Assembly (NCBI GenBank): GCA_934621385.1
Contig: CAKTUI010000005.1
Location: forward strand, 8,109 to 72,108
Length of the DNA stretch: 64,000 nt
Direction of reading: 5' to 3'
DNA from: an uncultured Kiritimatiellota bacterium
GTDB lineage: Bacteria; Verrucomicrobiota; Kiritimatiellia; RFP12; UBA1067
Shown: positions 30,766-40,258 of the stretch, in pieces
Layout of the letters: each line of letters starts with the position of its first letter
How positions within the stretch are numbered: position 1 is the first letter of the stretch
Notes under the pieces: generated by a model
What the model was told of the DNA's origin: nothing
The model's input: the letters and a program-made list of their open reading frames with translations, nothing else
Database searches by the model: none
Translations under genes and position numbers: made by a program

Positions 30766-32717
30766 GCGGACTCCTCCACGGCCTGGGTGACGGTCTCTGC
30801 GGTCTCGTCGCCGACGGCCGTGACGAGGCCGTCCCTGACGGTGAGGGTGCGGCGGGAGATCGAGAGGTAGTGGGTCTCGGTGTCGTAGGAGACGGCGGTG
30901 ACGGCGGAGATCGTGGCGGTCGCGCCGCCCGGGGCCGAGGTGCCGCCCGAGTCTATCTCCGCGTCGCGGTCCGCGAGGACGCGGACGGCGAGGTCCCCGC
31001 CGTCGGCCTCGGCGCGGCGGATCGTGAGCGTCCTGAGCTGGACGGGCCTTTCGGGGTCGGCGGAGGACGGGTCGAGGACGATCCTACCGCCGCCGGAGGA
31101 GGCGGCGACGGTGGTCTTGGCCTTGGTGCCCGGGGCGAACTCGGTGGAGGAGAGCGGCGGGATGCCGCCCGTGCCGACCTCGCCCCTCGCGTCGTCCTCC
31201 GGGCGGCCGGAGCGGCGGGAGTAGTAGGAGGAGAAGGTGCGGCGGTTGCGGAAGCTGGAGAGGAGGCCGGCCATGTCCTCCGGTGGGAGGTGGGCCGGTG
31301 CGCCGAGGGCGATGTCGGCGACGAGGGTGTCGCAGTCGACGTCGACGGACTGGAAGAGGAGCCCGTCGGAGTTGGAGCCCATGACGGGGAACGCGTCGGC
31401 GATGCGCACGGAGAGGCGGCCCGCGCGGGGCTCGCCCATGCGCGACCTGAGGATGGCGGAGGCGAGGTTGGCCGGGACGGACTCGCCGGAGGTTGCGGAG
31501 GCGGAGGCCGTCCAGCGGTAGGTCTTGGGGTGCTCGGCCGTCCCCTCCGCGTCCGTCGTGAGGAACTGCATGGTGAGGAAGATGTCCTCCTCCACGTCGT
31601 CGGCGGTGTGGACGGTGGCGCGGCAGGTGAAGCGGGCGACCTCGGCGTGGAGGCCGAGCGCGGTGATCTCGCCTGCGGAGGCGGCGGAGATGCGCGGGAG
31701 CGAGCCCGTGCGCTCCGCGTCGGAGATGGAGAGCGCGTCGGAGGCGACGTTGGCGAGTCGCGGGTGCTTGGTGCGCCACCAGTCCGCGTCGTTGAGGTTC
31801 TCCGGGATGTCCTCGGTGACGGACTGCCAGGACTGGGTGACGGTCTCGCCGGAGGCCCCGTGGAGCGCGAGGGTGGCGTAGAGGCAGTCCGGGTTGCCTG
31901 CGGAGGCGTCGCCGGCGCGCTGGTGTGCGATCTGGCGGTACTCGACGCCGTCGACGGTGCCGGTGGCGGCGAGCTCGAGGTCGACGCCCGTGACGGGGTT
32001 CGGGTCGAGGGTGAGCTCGCGGGAGAGGATCTCGCCGTAGGCGGTGTTGGTCGCGTCGGAGGTGGGCCTCGACCGGAGTATGGAGAGCGTCGGTGGGTCG
32101 GTCGAGTAGTCGAACCTGGCGACGGTGTCCGGGAAGAGCCGGAGGATGCGGCGGACGGCATCGGCGACGGTGATGTCGCGGCACTCGTCCGGCGGCAGCT
32201 CGACCCCGGAGACGTTGACGCTGCCGAGGGCGAAGCCGCAGGCGGCCGCGTCGCGGGAGAGGACGTCCTGGAGCGCCTCGCTCGCGCCGAGCGCGGCCCC
32301 GGAGCGGGACTGGTTGAGGACGAGTCTGGAGGAGAGGTCCCAGCGGTTCGGGCCTGTGCACCAGTACTGGCGGAGGACGCAGCGGGCCATTTTCGCCCAG
32401 GGGCCCGAGAGGGTGGCGGAGTCGGAGGCGGCGAGCCCCCGGGAGAAGGAGCGGCGCACGGAGGTGAGTTCGCCGCGGAAGACGGTGCGGCCGCGGAACT
32501 GGACGCGGACGGAGTCGCCGCGCACGAGGAAGCCCGGCGGGAGGTCTGGCAGTTCGAGGGTGTCCGCGTCGAGGTTCGCGAAGTGGAGGCGTGCGCCCGC
32601 GCCCGGGAGGAAGCGCGTCTCGGCCCCGTCCCTGACGCGGTGGAAGGAGAGGAGGCGCGAGGATGCGCCCGGCGCGGGTTCGCGCGGAGCGATGGAGGTG
32701 AACGTGGCTTCGTCCAT
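30762..32717 (-). CDS. tail tip / baseplate-hub-like structural protein
   Basis: 651 aa immediately downstream of the tape-measure candidate. Called by position only. Confidence 0.45.
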   Translation of the reverse strand: MDEATFTSIAPREPAPGASSRLLSFHRVRDGAETRFLPGAGARLHFANLDADTLELPDLPPGFLVRGDSVRVQFRGRTVFRGELTSVRRSFSRGLAASDSATLSGPWAKMARCVLRQYWCTGPNRWDLSSRLVLNQSRSGAALGASEALQDVLSRDAAACGFALGSVNVSGVELPPDECRDITVADAVRRILRLFPDTVARFDYSTDPPTLSILRSRPTSDATNTAYGEILSRELTLDPNPVTGVDLELAATGTVDGVEYRQIAHQRAGDASAGNPDCLYATLALHGASGETVTQSWQSVTEDIPENLNDADWWRTKHPRLANVASDALSISDAERTGSLPRISAASAGEITALGLHAEVARFTCRATVHTADDVEEDIFLTMQFLTTDAEGTAEHPKTYRWTASASATSGESVPANLASAILRSRMGEPRAGRLSVRIADAFPVMGSNSDGLLFQSVDVDCDTLVADIALGAPAHLPPEDMAGLLSSFRNRRTFSSYYSRRSGRPEDDARGEVGTGGIPPLSSTEFAPGTKAKTTVAASSGGGRIVLDPSSADPERPVQLRTLTIRRAEADGGDLAVRVLADRDAEIDSGGTSAPGGATATISAVTAVSYDTETHYLSISRRTLTVRDGLVTAVGDETAETVTQAVEESA

Positions 32718-32762
32718 GGGTGTGCGTGGTCCTTTCTGGCTGGGGGTGTCCGTCCCGGCCGG

Positions 32763-34247
32763 CTACTCGCCCGCCGGGGCCTCGCTCCAGGCGTTGCGCT
32801 GCCGCTTCGACTGGTTCTGGAGGAAGCTCTGCGCGGCCTTCAGGCGGGACTCGACGCTCCTGAGGGTCTCGGTGAGCGCGGCGATGGCCGCGTCGGCGGC
32901 GCTGTTGACGCCCTGTGCGGCGCCCTGCGCGGCGTGGAGGCCGCCGAGTGCGGCCTGCTGGGCCCGGCGGTTGCCGCCGAGCCGGGCGGTGTCCGCCGCG
33001 CCCTGCGCCTGGTAGACGGCGTAGCCCGCCGCGTCCTTGCGGGCCTGCTCGGCGGCGATCTTCGCCTGGATTTCGGCCTTCTGGCGTGCGAGGGCGCGGC
33101 TGGCCGCCTCCGCGTCGGCGACCTTCGCGGCCTCGGTGGCCTGGGCGGCGTGGTTCCTGTCGAGTGCGGACCGGGCGGCCCTCTCGCCCCGTGCGGCCGA
33201 CCTGCGTGCGGTCGCGCCCTCGATCTCGGCGGCCTCGATGTCGGCGCCCGCCGCGCCGGCCCTCTCGCGGAGGCGTTCGGCCTGGCGGCGCAGCTCCCCG
33301 GCCCTCGCCTCGCTCCTGCGCTTCTCCTCCTCGAGCTGCCGGATCTGGCGCTCGTACTGGGCGGATTTCTCGGCGGCGGCCTTTCGGACCTGGTCGCCCT
33401 CGGCGGTCTTCGCGCCGGCCATGCGGCCCCAGTCGCCGGTGAAGAGCTGGCCGAGGGTCTTGCCGACGGCGGAGAGCGCGCCGGTCTTGTCCTGCGCGTT
33501 GAGGTCGACGGCCTCGACGTCGGCGGAGGACTTGGCGCGGCGTGCCTGCGCGAGGCGGGCGGCGATGGCCTTCGTGGCCGCGTCCTGCGCGGAGGCCTGC
33601 GCGTCCGTCTGGTCGGCCTGCGCGTTCGTCCTCTGGCGGGCGAGGACGAGGTCCTCGACGGCGTTGCCGGAGGCGGCGGCGGCCCTGAGGGCGGCGTACC
33701 TGCGGTCGACGAGTGCGCGGCGCTCGTCGTAGTCCGGGGCGGAGGGGTCGAGCCTGGCGATCTCGTCCTCGTGCGCGGCGCTGAGCCTGGCCGCGTCGAG
33801 CCTGCGGCGTGCGGCGACCTGCCGGTCGATCATGTCGAGGTGGTGGTTCTCGGCTGCGGCTGCGGCGCTGACCGCGTCGGTGAGCCTGGCGTAGTCGTTC
33901 GCGAGGCCCGCGACGGCCCCGTCCTCGGCGAGCTTCGACTGGATGGCGCGGAAGTCCTCGGCGGACTTCTTCGCCGCGCCGAAGGAGCCGACGATCTTCG
34001 AGAGACCGCCGGTGACGGCCATGACGACCCCGCCGATGCCGAAGCCCGTGAGGACGCTGCGGAGGGCGTTGAACGCGCCCGAGACCCTGCCCGAGGCGGC
34101 GCGCATCTGTTCGAGGCCGCCCCTCGTGTCGGCGGCGGACCTCCTCGCCGCGTCGCCGACGCGCCTGAGGCCCTCGGAGGCCTTGGCGGCCCCGCCGGTG
34201 TCGGCGGTGATCCTGAGGTTGACGCTGACTTCGCCGTCCCGTGCCAT
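32763..34247 (-). CDS. tail tape-measure protein candidate
   Basis: 494 aa with an N-terminal hydrophobic GFGIGGVVMAVTGGL segment followed by a long Ala/Arg/Glu coiled coil. Confidence 0.55.
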   Translation of the reverse strand: MARDGEVSVNLRITADTGGAAKASEGLRRVGDAARRSAADTRGGLEQMRAASGRVSGAFNALRSVLTGFGIGGVVMAVTGGLSKIVGSFGAAKKSAEDFRAIQSKLAEDGAVAGLANDYARLTDAVSAAAAAENHHLDMIDRQVAARRRLDAARLSAAHEDEIARLDPSAPDYDERRALVDRRYAALRAAAASGNAVEDLVLARQRTNAQADQTDAQASAQDAATKAIAARLAQARRAKSSADVEAVDLNAQDKTGALSAVGKTLGQLFTGDWGRMAGAKTAEGDQVRKAAAEKSAQYERQIRQLEEEKRRSEARAGELRRQAERLRERAGAAGADIEAAEIEGATARRSAARGERAARSALDRNHAAQATEAAKVADAEAASRALARQKAEIQAKIAAEQARKDAAGYAVYQAQGAADTARLGGNRRAQQAALGGLHAAQGAAQGVNSAADAAIAALTETLRSVESRLKAAQSFLQNQSKRQRNAWSEAPAGE

Positions 34248-34250
34248 GGC

Positions 34251-34622
34251 TCAGCCCTCGATGGTGTAGGAGACGGCGACGGCGCAGCCGACGAGGGCGC
34301 ACTGCCTGCCGGTGACGGCGGCGTTCGGGAAGACGGTCTCGCCGTCGAACTTGAGCGCACCCTCGGAGTCCTCGGAGAGGAAGCCGCCGCGCACGTAGGC
34401 GAGGGCCTCGGCGGGGGAGGCGAAGATGCGCTCGACGTCGAAGGAGACGGTGCCGTGGTCGCACCTGACGTGCTCGCCGGCGGTGCGGTCCGCGCCGACG
34501 AAGTCGTGGAGGACGACGCCCGGGGAGAGCGCGACGCGCAGGTTGGCCGGGCCAACGGGCGAGCCGCCGGTGGAGCGCGACTGGGAGGCGACGAGCGTGG
34601 AGTTGCCGAGGGTGACGGTCAC
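34251..34622 (-). CDS. hypothetical protein (GTG start)
   Basis: GTGA overlap with the upstream stop. 123 aa: VTVTLGNSTLVASQ... Confidence 0.4.
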   Translation of the reverse strand: MTVTLGNSTLVASQSRSTGGSPVGPANLRVALSPGVVLHDFVGADRTAGEHVRCDHGTVSFDVERIFASPAEALAYVRGGFLSEDSEGALKFDGETVFPNAAVTGRQCALVGCAVAVSYTIEG

Positions 34623-35320
34623 TTGGCGCCCCCTTCCCCGTCCGGGGCGGCCTCGGCGGCGCGGGCGAAGGCGGCGCAGATGCGCCGCACGATGCCCTCG
34701 GCGGACGCGACGGAGTTCGTGCCGGTGAGCTGGATGCGGATGGCGTGGGTCTTGGTGGACGGCGAGAGCCAGGCGGTGTCCTCCTCGTACTTGACGAGGG
34801 CGGTCTCCTCGCCGACGGGCGCGGCCATGACGTCGACGGAGCCGAGCGCGACGATGCCGGCCTCGGCCTGGGTGAAGAGGCCGTCGACCTCGACGCTGCG
34901 CGTCTTGGTGGCGCACCCCGCGAGGGCGAGGAGCGCGGCGAGCGCGAGCGCCGCGCCCGACCAGTGGGACGCGCCGCAGAGGCGCAGGGCCGCCCACTCC
35001 GCGTACGCCCTCCAGCGCGGAACCCCGAGCGCGATCAGCAGGTCGCGGTAGAGGTCGTCCGCGTCGGCCCGCGTGGCCTCCGGGTCGCCGCCGGAGTAGA
35101 GGTGGTCGTGGACGAGCGCGGCGTAGAGGCGCGGAACCTCGAACGGCGAGCCGCACAGCCACTGCAGCGCGAGGGGGATGGACGCGCCGTCGGTCGAGAA
35201 GCCCCCCGGCACGAGGTAGTCCTCGCCGCGGTAGCGGATGCGCCAGTCGGCGGCGAGCGCGAGGCGGCCGCCGCGCTCGGCGCGGAAGCTCGGGGGGTCG
35301 AATTCGGGTCCTGTGTTCAT
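34619..35320 (-). CDS. DUF1353-like domain protein with an internal lipobox/TM segment
   Basis: The N-terminal half (YLVPGGFSTDGASIP...LVHDHLY) matches my recollection of DUF1353. The middle contains ALALAALLALAGC. Confidence 0.5.
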   Translation of the reverse strand: MNTGPEFDPPSFRAERGGRLALAADWRIRYRGEDYLVPGGFSTDGASIPLALQWLCGSPFEVPRLYAALVHDHLYSGGDPEATRADADDLYRDLLIALGVPRWRAYAEWAALRLCGASHWSGAALALAALLALAGCATKTRSVEVDGLFTQAEAGIVALGSVDVMAAPVGEETALVKYEEDTAWLSPSTKTHAIRIQLTGTNSVASAEGIVRRICAAFARAAEAAPDGEGGAK

Positions 35321-35355
35321 TTCTCTTCTCCTTTTAGGGGTGTTTCAATGGGGTT

Positions 35356-35850
35356 TCAGTGGGCGTTCACGGCCGGTTCCGGCCGCCCCACGGTGACGGT
35401 GACGTTCGTGACGGCGGCGACGGGCGCGGCCGCCGTGGCGATCCGCCTCGCGGCGAGGCGCGGCGAGACCCCGTTCGTCGGCAGGAGGGCGCGGCGGTTC
35501 AGCGCGGCCCGGGCCGCCGCGAGCGGAGACGGGGGCTTCGCCACCTGCTCCCACGTCCAGCCGTCCTCGTAGGTGAGGCGCATGACGAGGCGGCCCGCCG
35601 CGTTGGTGGCGACGGCCTGCGCGGCGAGCCGCCCGTGCCAGGCGCGGCGGCCGGCCTCCGTCTCGATGTCGCGCCGGTAGCGGCGGTTGACGAGTCCCAG
35701 CGCGTCCACGAGGTCGGCCCGCGTCCAGGCGTTCGTCGTGCCGTCGGCGAGCGGCGTCTCGGCGACGGTCTCGGGAGGGGTGGCGGCGGCGGCGCAGGCG
35801 GCCGCGAGGAGCGCGGCGGCGAGCGCGGTTCGTGTCTTCTTCTTCATCAT
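35356..35850 (-). CDS. phage lipoprotein
   Basis: MMKKKTRTALAAALLAAAC lipobox. ATGA overlap with the upstream gene. Confidence 0.5.
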   Translation of the reverse strand: MMKKKTRTALAAALLAAACAAAATPPETVAETPLADGTTNAWTRADLVDALGLVNRRYRRDIETEAGRRAWHGRLAAQAVATNAAGRLVMRLTYEDGWTWEQVAKPPSPLAAARAALNRRALLPTNGVSPRLAARRIATAAAPVAAVTNVTVTVGRPEPAVNAH

Positions 35851-36431
35851 TGGCTTGTCTCCTGTCGTGTTGTTTCGGGGGCGGAGGCTTCCGCCGCCGC
35901 GTGGAGGGAGTTCGTCCCGCCGGGCGTGCCGACCATGTCGGCGTTGAGCCACACGGTCGCTTGCACGGGGATGCCCACGGCGATGCCGCGCCCACGCTCC
36001 TCCGCGTCGTTGAGGGACCTGCCCCAGTTCGCGTGCAGGACGCCGTTCGTGAGCACCGAGGGCGGCGGCGTCCAGTCCGCCCAGACCTGCCAGTTCCAGC
36101 CCGTCGCCGCCGCGCACGGCAGGTTGGTTGGCACGGCGAAGTCCGCGAAGGCCGAGGTGACGAACGCCGCCCACTCCTGCGCGTTCGTGGACGCGAGCGG
36201 CCGCCGCTCGACGACCAGATCCGCGTCGTCCGGCACGATCCGCCGCACCCAGTCGAGGTGGACGTGGTCGTCCGCGACGTAGCTGCCGCGGTCGACGAGG
36301 TAGGCGACGCCCGCCTCCGTCGGCGGGAACGAGACGGTGGCGCGCTTGGTCGAGCCGTGGATGACGAGCGCGGCGACAAGCGGTGCGCAGAGCGCGAGGC
36401 GCAAGGCCCTGTCCAGTCGGCGGCCCATCAT
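35847..36431 (-). CDS. signal-anchored/exported hypothetical protein
   Basis: MMGRRLDRALRLALCAPLVAALVIHG. ATGA overlap with the upstream gene. Confidence 0.45.
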   Translation of the reverse strand: MMGRRLDRALRLALCAPLVAALVIHGSTKRATVSFPPTEAGVAYLVDRGSYVADDHVHLDWVRRIVPDDADLVVERRPLASTNAQEWAAFVTSAFADFAVPTNLPCAAATGWNWQVWADWTPPPSVLTNGVLHANWGRSLNDAEERGRGIAVGIPVQATVWLNADMVGTPGGTNSLHAAAEASAPETTRQETSQ

Positions 36432-38233
36432 CTGACCTCCGTGAGGGTGAGGACGGTCTTGCCGTCGATGGTGGCCGTGCCGAGCGTGTAGGTCCTGCCG
36501 CCGAGGACGAGTTTCTCCATCGAGACGGCGGCGTGGTTCCTGATGACGGTGTCGCCGCCCTGCTCGTAGGTGGCGTAGACGTAGAGCTGGTCGGTCTCGC
36601 CCGGGGCTGGGGCCTCGGCGCGCCAGACGACGTTCGACCACGCGCCGCTCGCGCCCGTCCAGCCCTCTGCGATGGCGGGGCACCCCTCGTCGCCGAGGGC
36701 CGTCCACTCGGTCGCGCCGCCCGGGGCGAGCGACTTCGCGGCGTAGAGGGTCGGATGCTGGTCGGACTCGACGGCGTAGACGAGACCGACGTACGTGCGG
36801 CCGTCGCCGTCGATCCACGTGCGGACGCTGTCGGCGGCCGCGCCGACGGGGATCCTGCCGCCCGACACGACTTCGAGGACGGCCTCGCCGCGCTCGTCGG
36901 TGATGCGGAGGTAGCCGTTGGTGGACGCGCCCGGCGAGCCGAGCTGGGCGACCATGCCGTTCGAGACGAGCGCCCAGATCGCCCCCTCGGAGGTGAGGGT
37001 CATCTGCCAGGCGAGGCCGCCCGCGACGACGGTCGCCGGGGTGTCGAGCCAGGTGAAGCCCTCCGGCGCGTCGAGTCCCGTCGGGGTCGTCCGCCCCCAG
37101 TCGAGGCCCGCCTTGCCGCCGAGCGCGCCGGCGAGGGCGTTCGTGTGGGCGGCGAACTCGCCGCGCCACCGCCCCCACTTCGTCTCCTCGTCCCAGACGG
37201 TGCGCAGCCCGTTCGTCGCCGCGCCGTCCGGGCGGTACTCGAAGCGCGCCGACGGCAGGCGCTCCCACGCGACGGAGGCATTCGCCCCCACGTCGTAGTT
37301 GGTGACGGTGACCCTGAAGCCGTCGCCCGACCACCACGACGACCAGAGGTCGCCCTCCGCCTTCGGGTAGAACCTCTCGTCGGCGGACTTGGTGGAGTAG
37401 ACGCTGCTCGCGTCGGCCTTGTCGTCGAGGTAGTCCTGGAGGGTCCGGCCGATGCCGCCTTCCGGGTGGTAGACCGAGTCGAGCCAGAAGTTCTCCGGGG
37501 CGGCCGCGAAGCAGACGGTGTCGTCGCCCCGCGAGTAGACCTCGCTACCGATGGCGACCGAGTGGGCGTGGCGAGCCTGGGCGAACTGGCCGATGGCGAC
37601 GGACCGCGCCCCGTCCGCGCTTGCCCCGAATCCGATGGCGACGGCGCGGTCGCCCGAGGACGCGGCGAAGCCGACGGCGGCGTTCGTGTTGGTCCGCCAG
37701 ACGCGGAACTCGGGGTCGGACTCGGCGGCGAGGAGGCCGTTCGTGGAGGCTGCGAGTTCGTCGGCTGTCGCCCAGGGGGCGTTCGCGACCTCGACGGTGG
37801 CGAAGTCGATCGTGCGCGGCGGAATCGGCAGGGCGTTCGGGACCGCGCCCGGGGAGCGGCGCAGGCGCAGGCGGAACTCGGCGCGCCAGTTGTCGCCGGG
37901 TACGCCGAGGAAGGCCGAGACCGCGTCCGCGCCCGTGTCCATCGCCGGGGTGAAGGTCGCGGAGACGACGTTCCCGGAGACGGTGGCCGGGGCTGTCCAC
38001 CAGGCGTCGCCCATGCCGTTTGTCTGCCAGCAGAGCGCGGCGGCCTGCGCCATGGGGAGCGGATCGCCGTCGGAGAGGAAGGCGGCGCGGAGGTCGAGGG
38101 TCTCGCCGTGGTGCGCGTCGAAGACGGCGACGGACGGTCGGGAGGTCTCGACGGTCCAGCGGCAGGGGACGGCGGCGCGTGCGGCGGCGGCCGCGAGGAG
38201 CACGGCGAGCGCGTGGAGGGCGGCGGGCCTCAT
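36428..38233 (-). CDS. tail fibre / receptor-binding protein candidate
   Basis: 601 aa. The N-terminal segment resembles a BppU-type Ig domain (FDAHHGETLDLRAAFLSDGDPLP...VSATFTP). YadA-head-like repeats are present (AVGFAASSGDRAVAIGFGASADGARSVAIGQFA). Confidence 0.5.
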   Translation of the reverse strand: MRPAALHALAVLLAAAAARAAVPCRWTVETSRPSVAVFDAHHGETLDLRAAFLSDGDPLPMAQAAALCWQTNGMGDAWWTAPATVSGNVVSATFTPAMDTGADAVSAFLGVPGDNWRAEFRLRLRRSPGAVPNALPIPPRTIDFATVEVANAPWATADELAASTNGLLAAESDPEFRVWRTNTNAAVGFAASSGDRAVAIGFGASADGARSVAIGQFAQARHAHSVAIGSEVYSRGDDTVCFAAAPENFWLDSVYHPEGGIGRTLQDYLDDKADASSVYSTKSADERFYPKAEGDLWSSWWSGDGFRVTVTNYDVGANASVAWERLPSARFEYRPDGAATNGLRTVWDEETKWGRWRGEFAAHTNALAGALGGKAGLDWGRTTPTGLDAPEGFTWLDTPATVVAGGLAWQMTLTSEGAIWALVSNGMVAQLGSPGASTNGYLRITDERGEAVLEVVSGGRIPVGAAADSVRTWIDGDGRTYVGLVYAVESDQHPTLYAAKSLAPGGATEWTALGDEGCPAIAEGWTGASGAWSNVVWRAEAPAPGETDQLYVYATYEQGGDTVIRNHAAVSMEKLVLGGRTYTLGTATIDGKTVLTLTEVR

Positions 38234-39165
38234 TGCGCGTTCCCCCCGTTGGCGGCGAGCGCGACGTCGAAGAGCGAGCCGTCCGACGGGCGGACGTTTG
38301 CGGTGAAGCCGAGCTCGCCGGCGCGGAGTGCGCTCGCGCCCCAGTTGAGGGGTCCGGAGACGAGCGAGGCGCACCGGAGGGTGACGGTGAGGCCGCCCGC
38401 CGCCGTGATGACGAGGTCGTCGTCGCCCGCGAGGGACGCGCCGCGCCCGGAGAGGGCGGGGAGGGCGGCGAGGAGCTGGGCCTCGGAGAGGCCGAGCGGG
38501 GTGCAGCGGGCCGTCACCTTCACGCCCGAGAGGGTGTAGTCGATGGTGCCCTGGCTGTCGGTGGCGACCGGCTCGAGCTGCGGCTCGACCGAGACGGTCC
38601 ACCCGTCGAGCGTGTCGGGGATGGAGAGGTCGCCGAGGGTGGCGGAGTAGTGTCGGCCGGTGAGGCCGTCGCGTGGCGGTTCGCCGTCGGCGTAGGCCTG
38701 CGCGGCGACGGTGTAGAGTTTGGCGGACGCGTCGTCCGGCAGCTTTCCGTTCGGCAGGAGCGCGGTGAACTCGGCCCGTCCGAGGGCGGTCTTGACCGGG
38801 GAGAGGACGAGGTCGGGGCACTTGGTGAGCGCGGCGGCGGCGAAGGTGACGCGGGTGCCGGCGCGGGAGGAGATTGCCAGCGGGCTGTCTGTCGCGCCGA
38901 GGAGCGACGAGCCGACGGAGGGGGTGCGGAAGGCGGCCGGGTAGAGGACGGCGAGGATCGCCTCGGAGAGGTTGCCGACGGGCGTGAGGGTGATCCGGGC
39001 GAGCTGGTCGGTCTTGATGGTGTCGAGCGTGCCCGAGAGCGAGGACGGGACGTCCTGCGTGGACGACTCGACGGTGGCCGTGATGCCGCTCGCGTCGAAG
39101 AGCTTGGCGGAGGCGAACGAGACGGTGCCCGGGCCGCGGATGATGGATTGTCTGGTCGTTGCCAT
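38230..39165 (-). CDS. major tail (tube) protein candidate
   Basis: 311 aa, Ser/Thr/Ala/Leu/Gly-rich. Called mainly from its position after the head-tail joining genes. Confidence 0.4.
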   Translation of the reverse strand: MATTRQSIIRGPGTVSFASAKLFDASGITATVESSTQDVPSSLSGTLDTIKTDQLARITLTPVGNLSEAILAVLYPAAFRTPSVGSSLLGATDSPLAISSRAGTRVTFAAAALTKCPDLVLSPVKTALGRAEFTALLPNGKLPDDASAKLYTVAAQAYADGEPPRDGLTGRHYSATLGDLSIPDTLDGWTVSVEPQLEPVATDSQGTIDYTLSGVKVTARCTPLGLSEAQLLAALPALSGRGASLAGDDDLVITAAGGLTVTLRCASLVSGPLNWGASALRAGELGFTANVRPSDGSLFDVALAANGGNAQ

Positions 39166-39201
39166 GTTTCGGTTTCCTTTCAGTGGGTGTTCAGGTGTGG
39201 T

Positions 39202-39624
39202 TCAGAGGGTGGTCCTGAGGTCGAGGCGAACGGTGCACGAGACGACCCCGCCGCCGAGGTCGGCCGGCTCGGAGATGGAGGGCGAGGTGAGCAGGCCGTC
39301 GCCGGTGTCGAAGAGCTTGAGGGCCCTTGCGATCTCCTGCGCGGCCCTGAGGTAGGTCGCCCGGCCCGGGGTGGCCCGGTTGACGAGCGGGTCCTCGAAG
39401 ACGTCGACGGCGACGGTGGCGCGGCCGTAGCAGGCGGCGGAGTCGGGGGCCTCGTCGGTGAAGGCGAGCCCCCCGACGACGACGCAGAACGACGAGCGCG
39501 GGATCTCCTGGTTGACGCTCTCGGCGACGTTGCCCCTCTCCTCCTCGAAGACGGGGAGGCCCGCGAGGAGGGGGATGGCGCGGACGCGCGCGGCGATCCG
39601 GGACTGGACTTCCTGCAGGTCCAT
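39202..39624 (-). CDS. head-tail joining / tail completion protein candidate
   Basis: 140 aa, lying between the DUF1320-like gene and the tail gene. Confidence 0.45.
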   Translation of the reverse strand: MDLQEVQSRIAARVRAIPLLAGLPVFEEERGNVAESVNQEIPRSSFCVVVGGLAFTDEAPDSAACYGRATVAVDVFEDPLVNRATPGRATYLRAAQEIARALKLFDTGDGLLTSPSISEPADLGGGVVSCTVRLDLRTTL

Positions 39625-39627
39625 GGC

Positions 39628-40062
39628 TCAGAGCCCCCCTTCCAGCCGCCGGCCGAGGAGGCGGGGCCTCCTGCGGAAGGCCGGGTAGGCGATGGTGTCG
39701 CGGTCCGGGGCCTCGCCGTAGTCCTCCGGGACGACCGCGCCGGCGGCGAGGCGGTCGAAGAGCGCGAGCGCCCGCTCGTAGGCCTTCGTGCGGGCCTCGT
39801 TCGGGGTTCGGTTGAAGCGCTTGAGGAGGTTGAAGGCCGCGACGTCCATCGCGGGCGCGACGAGCATCTCCGGGAGGAGGGCCTCGTCGTCGGGCATCCG
39901 GCACCTGCGGCCGGAGCGGACGTAGCCCCTGACGGCGGAGACGGCGTTGGCGACCAGCCGGTCGACGGCGGTGTCGTCCGCGTCCTCGTTCTGGCCGAAG
40001 GCGCGGATCTCCGGCTCGGAGAGCGCGGCCGCGAGGTCGGCCCTTGTGACCTTTCGCCACAT
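39628..40062 (-). CDS. DUF1320 (Mu gp36-like) head-tail connector protein
   Basis: The ATG at 40062 gives MWRKVTRADLAAALSEPEIRAFGQNEDADDTAVDRLVANAVSAVRGYV..., which fits the gp36-family N-terminal pattern. Confidence 0.6.
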   Translation of the reverse strand: MWRKVTRADLAAALSEPEIRAFGQNEDADDTAVDRLVANAVSAVRGYVRSGRRCRMPDDEALLPEMLVAPAMDVAAFNLLKRFNRTPNEARTKAYERALALFDRLAAGAVVPEDYGEAPDRDTIAYPAFRRRPRLLGRRLEGGL

Positions 40063-40206
40063 TCTTCTGGTCCTTTCGTTCGGGCGGGTTCCGGGGCGTT
40101 GCGCCAGACGCGCGAGAAAGGCCCCTGGAGGCCTCCGCGCAAAAGGCGGCTCGTCGTGCGTCCGGGATCCTGCTCGCGTTTTTGAAACGGTTTTCGTGAG
40201 TTTTGA

Positions 40207-40258
40207 GGGGGGTAGGCGCACGAGGGGTCGCGCCGGCCCCCCGTGCGCCCCCCTTTTT
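40207..40258 (+). terminator. strong GC hairpin with a T5 run on the plus strand (antisense to phage genes), abutting the capsid stop codon
   Basis: GGGGGG-ta-GGCGCACG ... CGTGCGCC-CCCC-TTTTT. Confidence 0.45.

Noticed and set aside
30870-35051. Very long plus-strand ORFs inside the prophage (1393 aa here; also 36383-38539, 38020-40185, 40203-41396, 43578-45440, 49602-51689 and others).
   Set aside because: Their translations are monotonous G/R/A/E/V/D/P strings with no motifs. They run antisense to genes with recognisable phage families. They are the expected stop-codon-poor artefact of roughly 70% GC DNA.
36428-38233. The Ala-rich N-terminus MRPAALHALAVLLAAAAARAAV of the 601-aa protein as proof of secretion.
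   Set aside because: In very GC-rich phages, Ala/Leu-rich N-termini arise from composition alone. The following BppU-like domain argues for a virion fibre, so I did not count it as an exported host-conversion factor.
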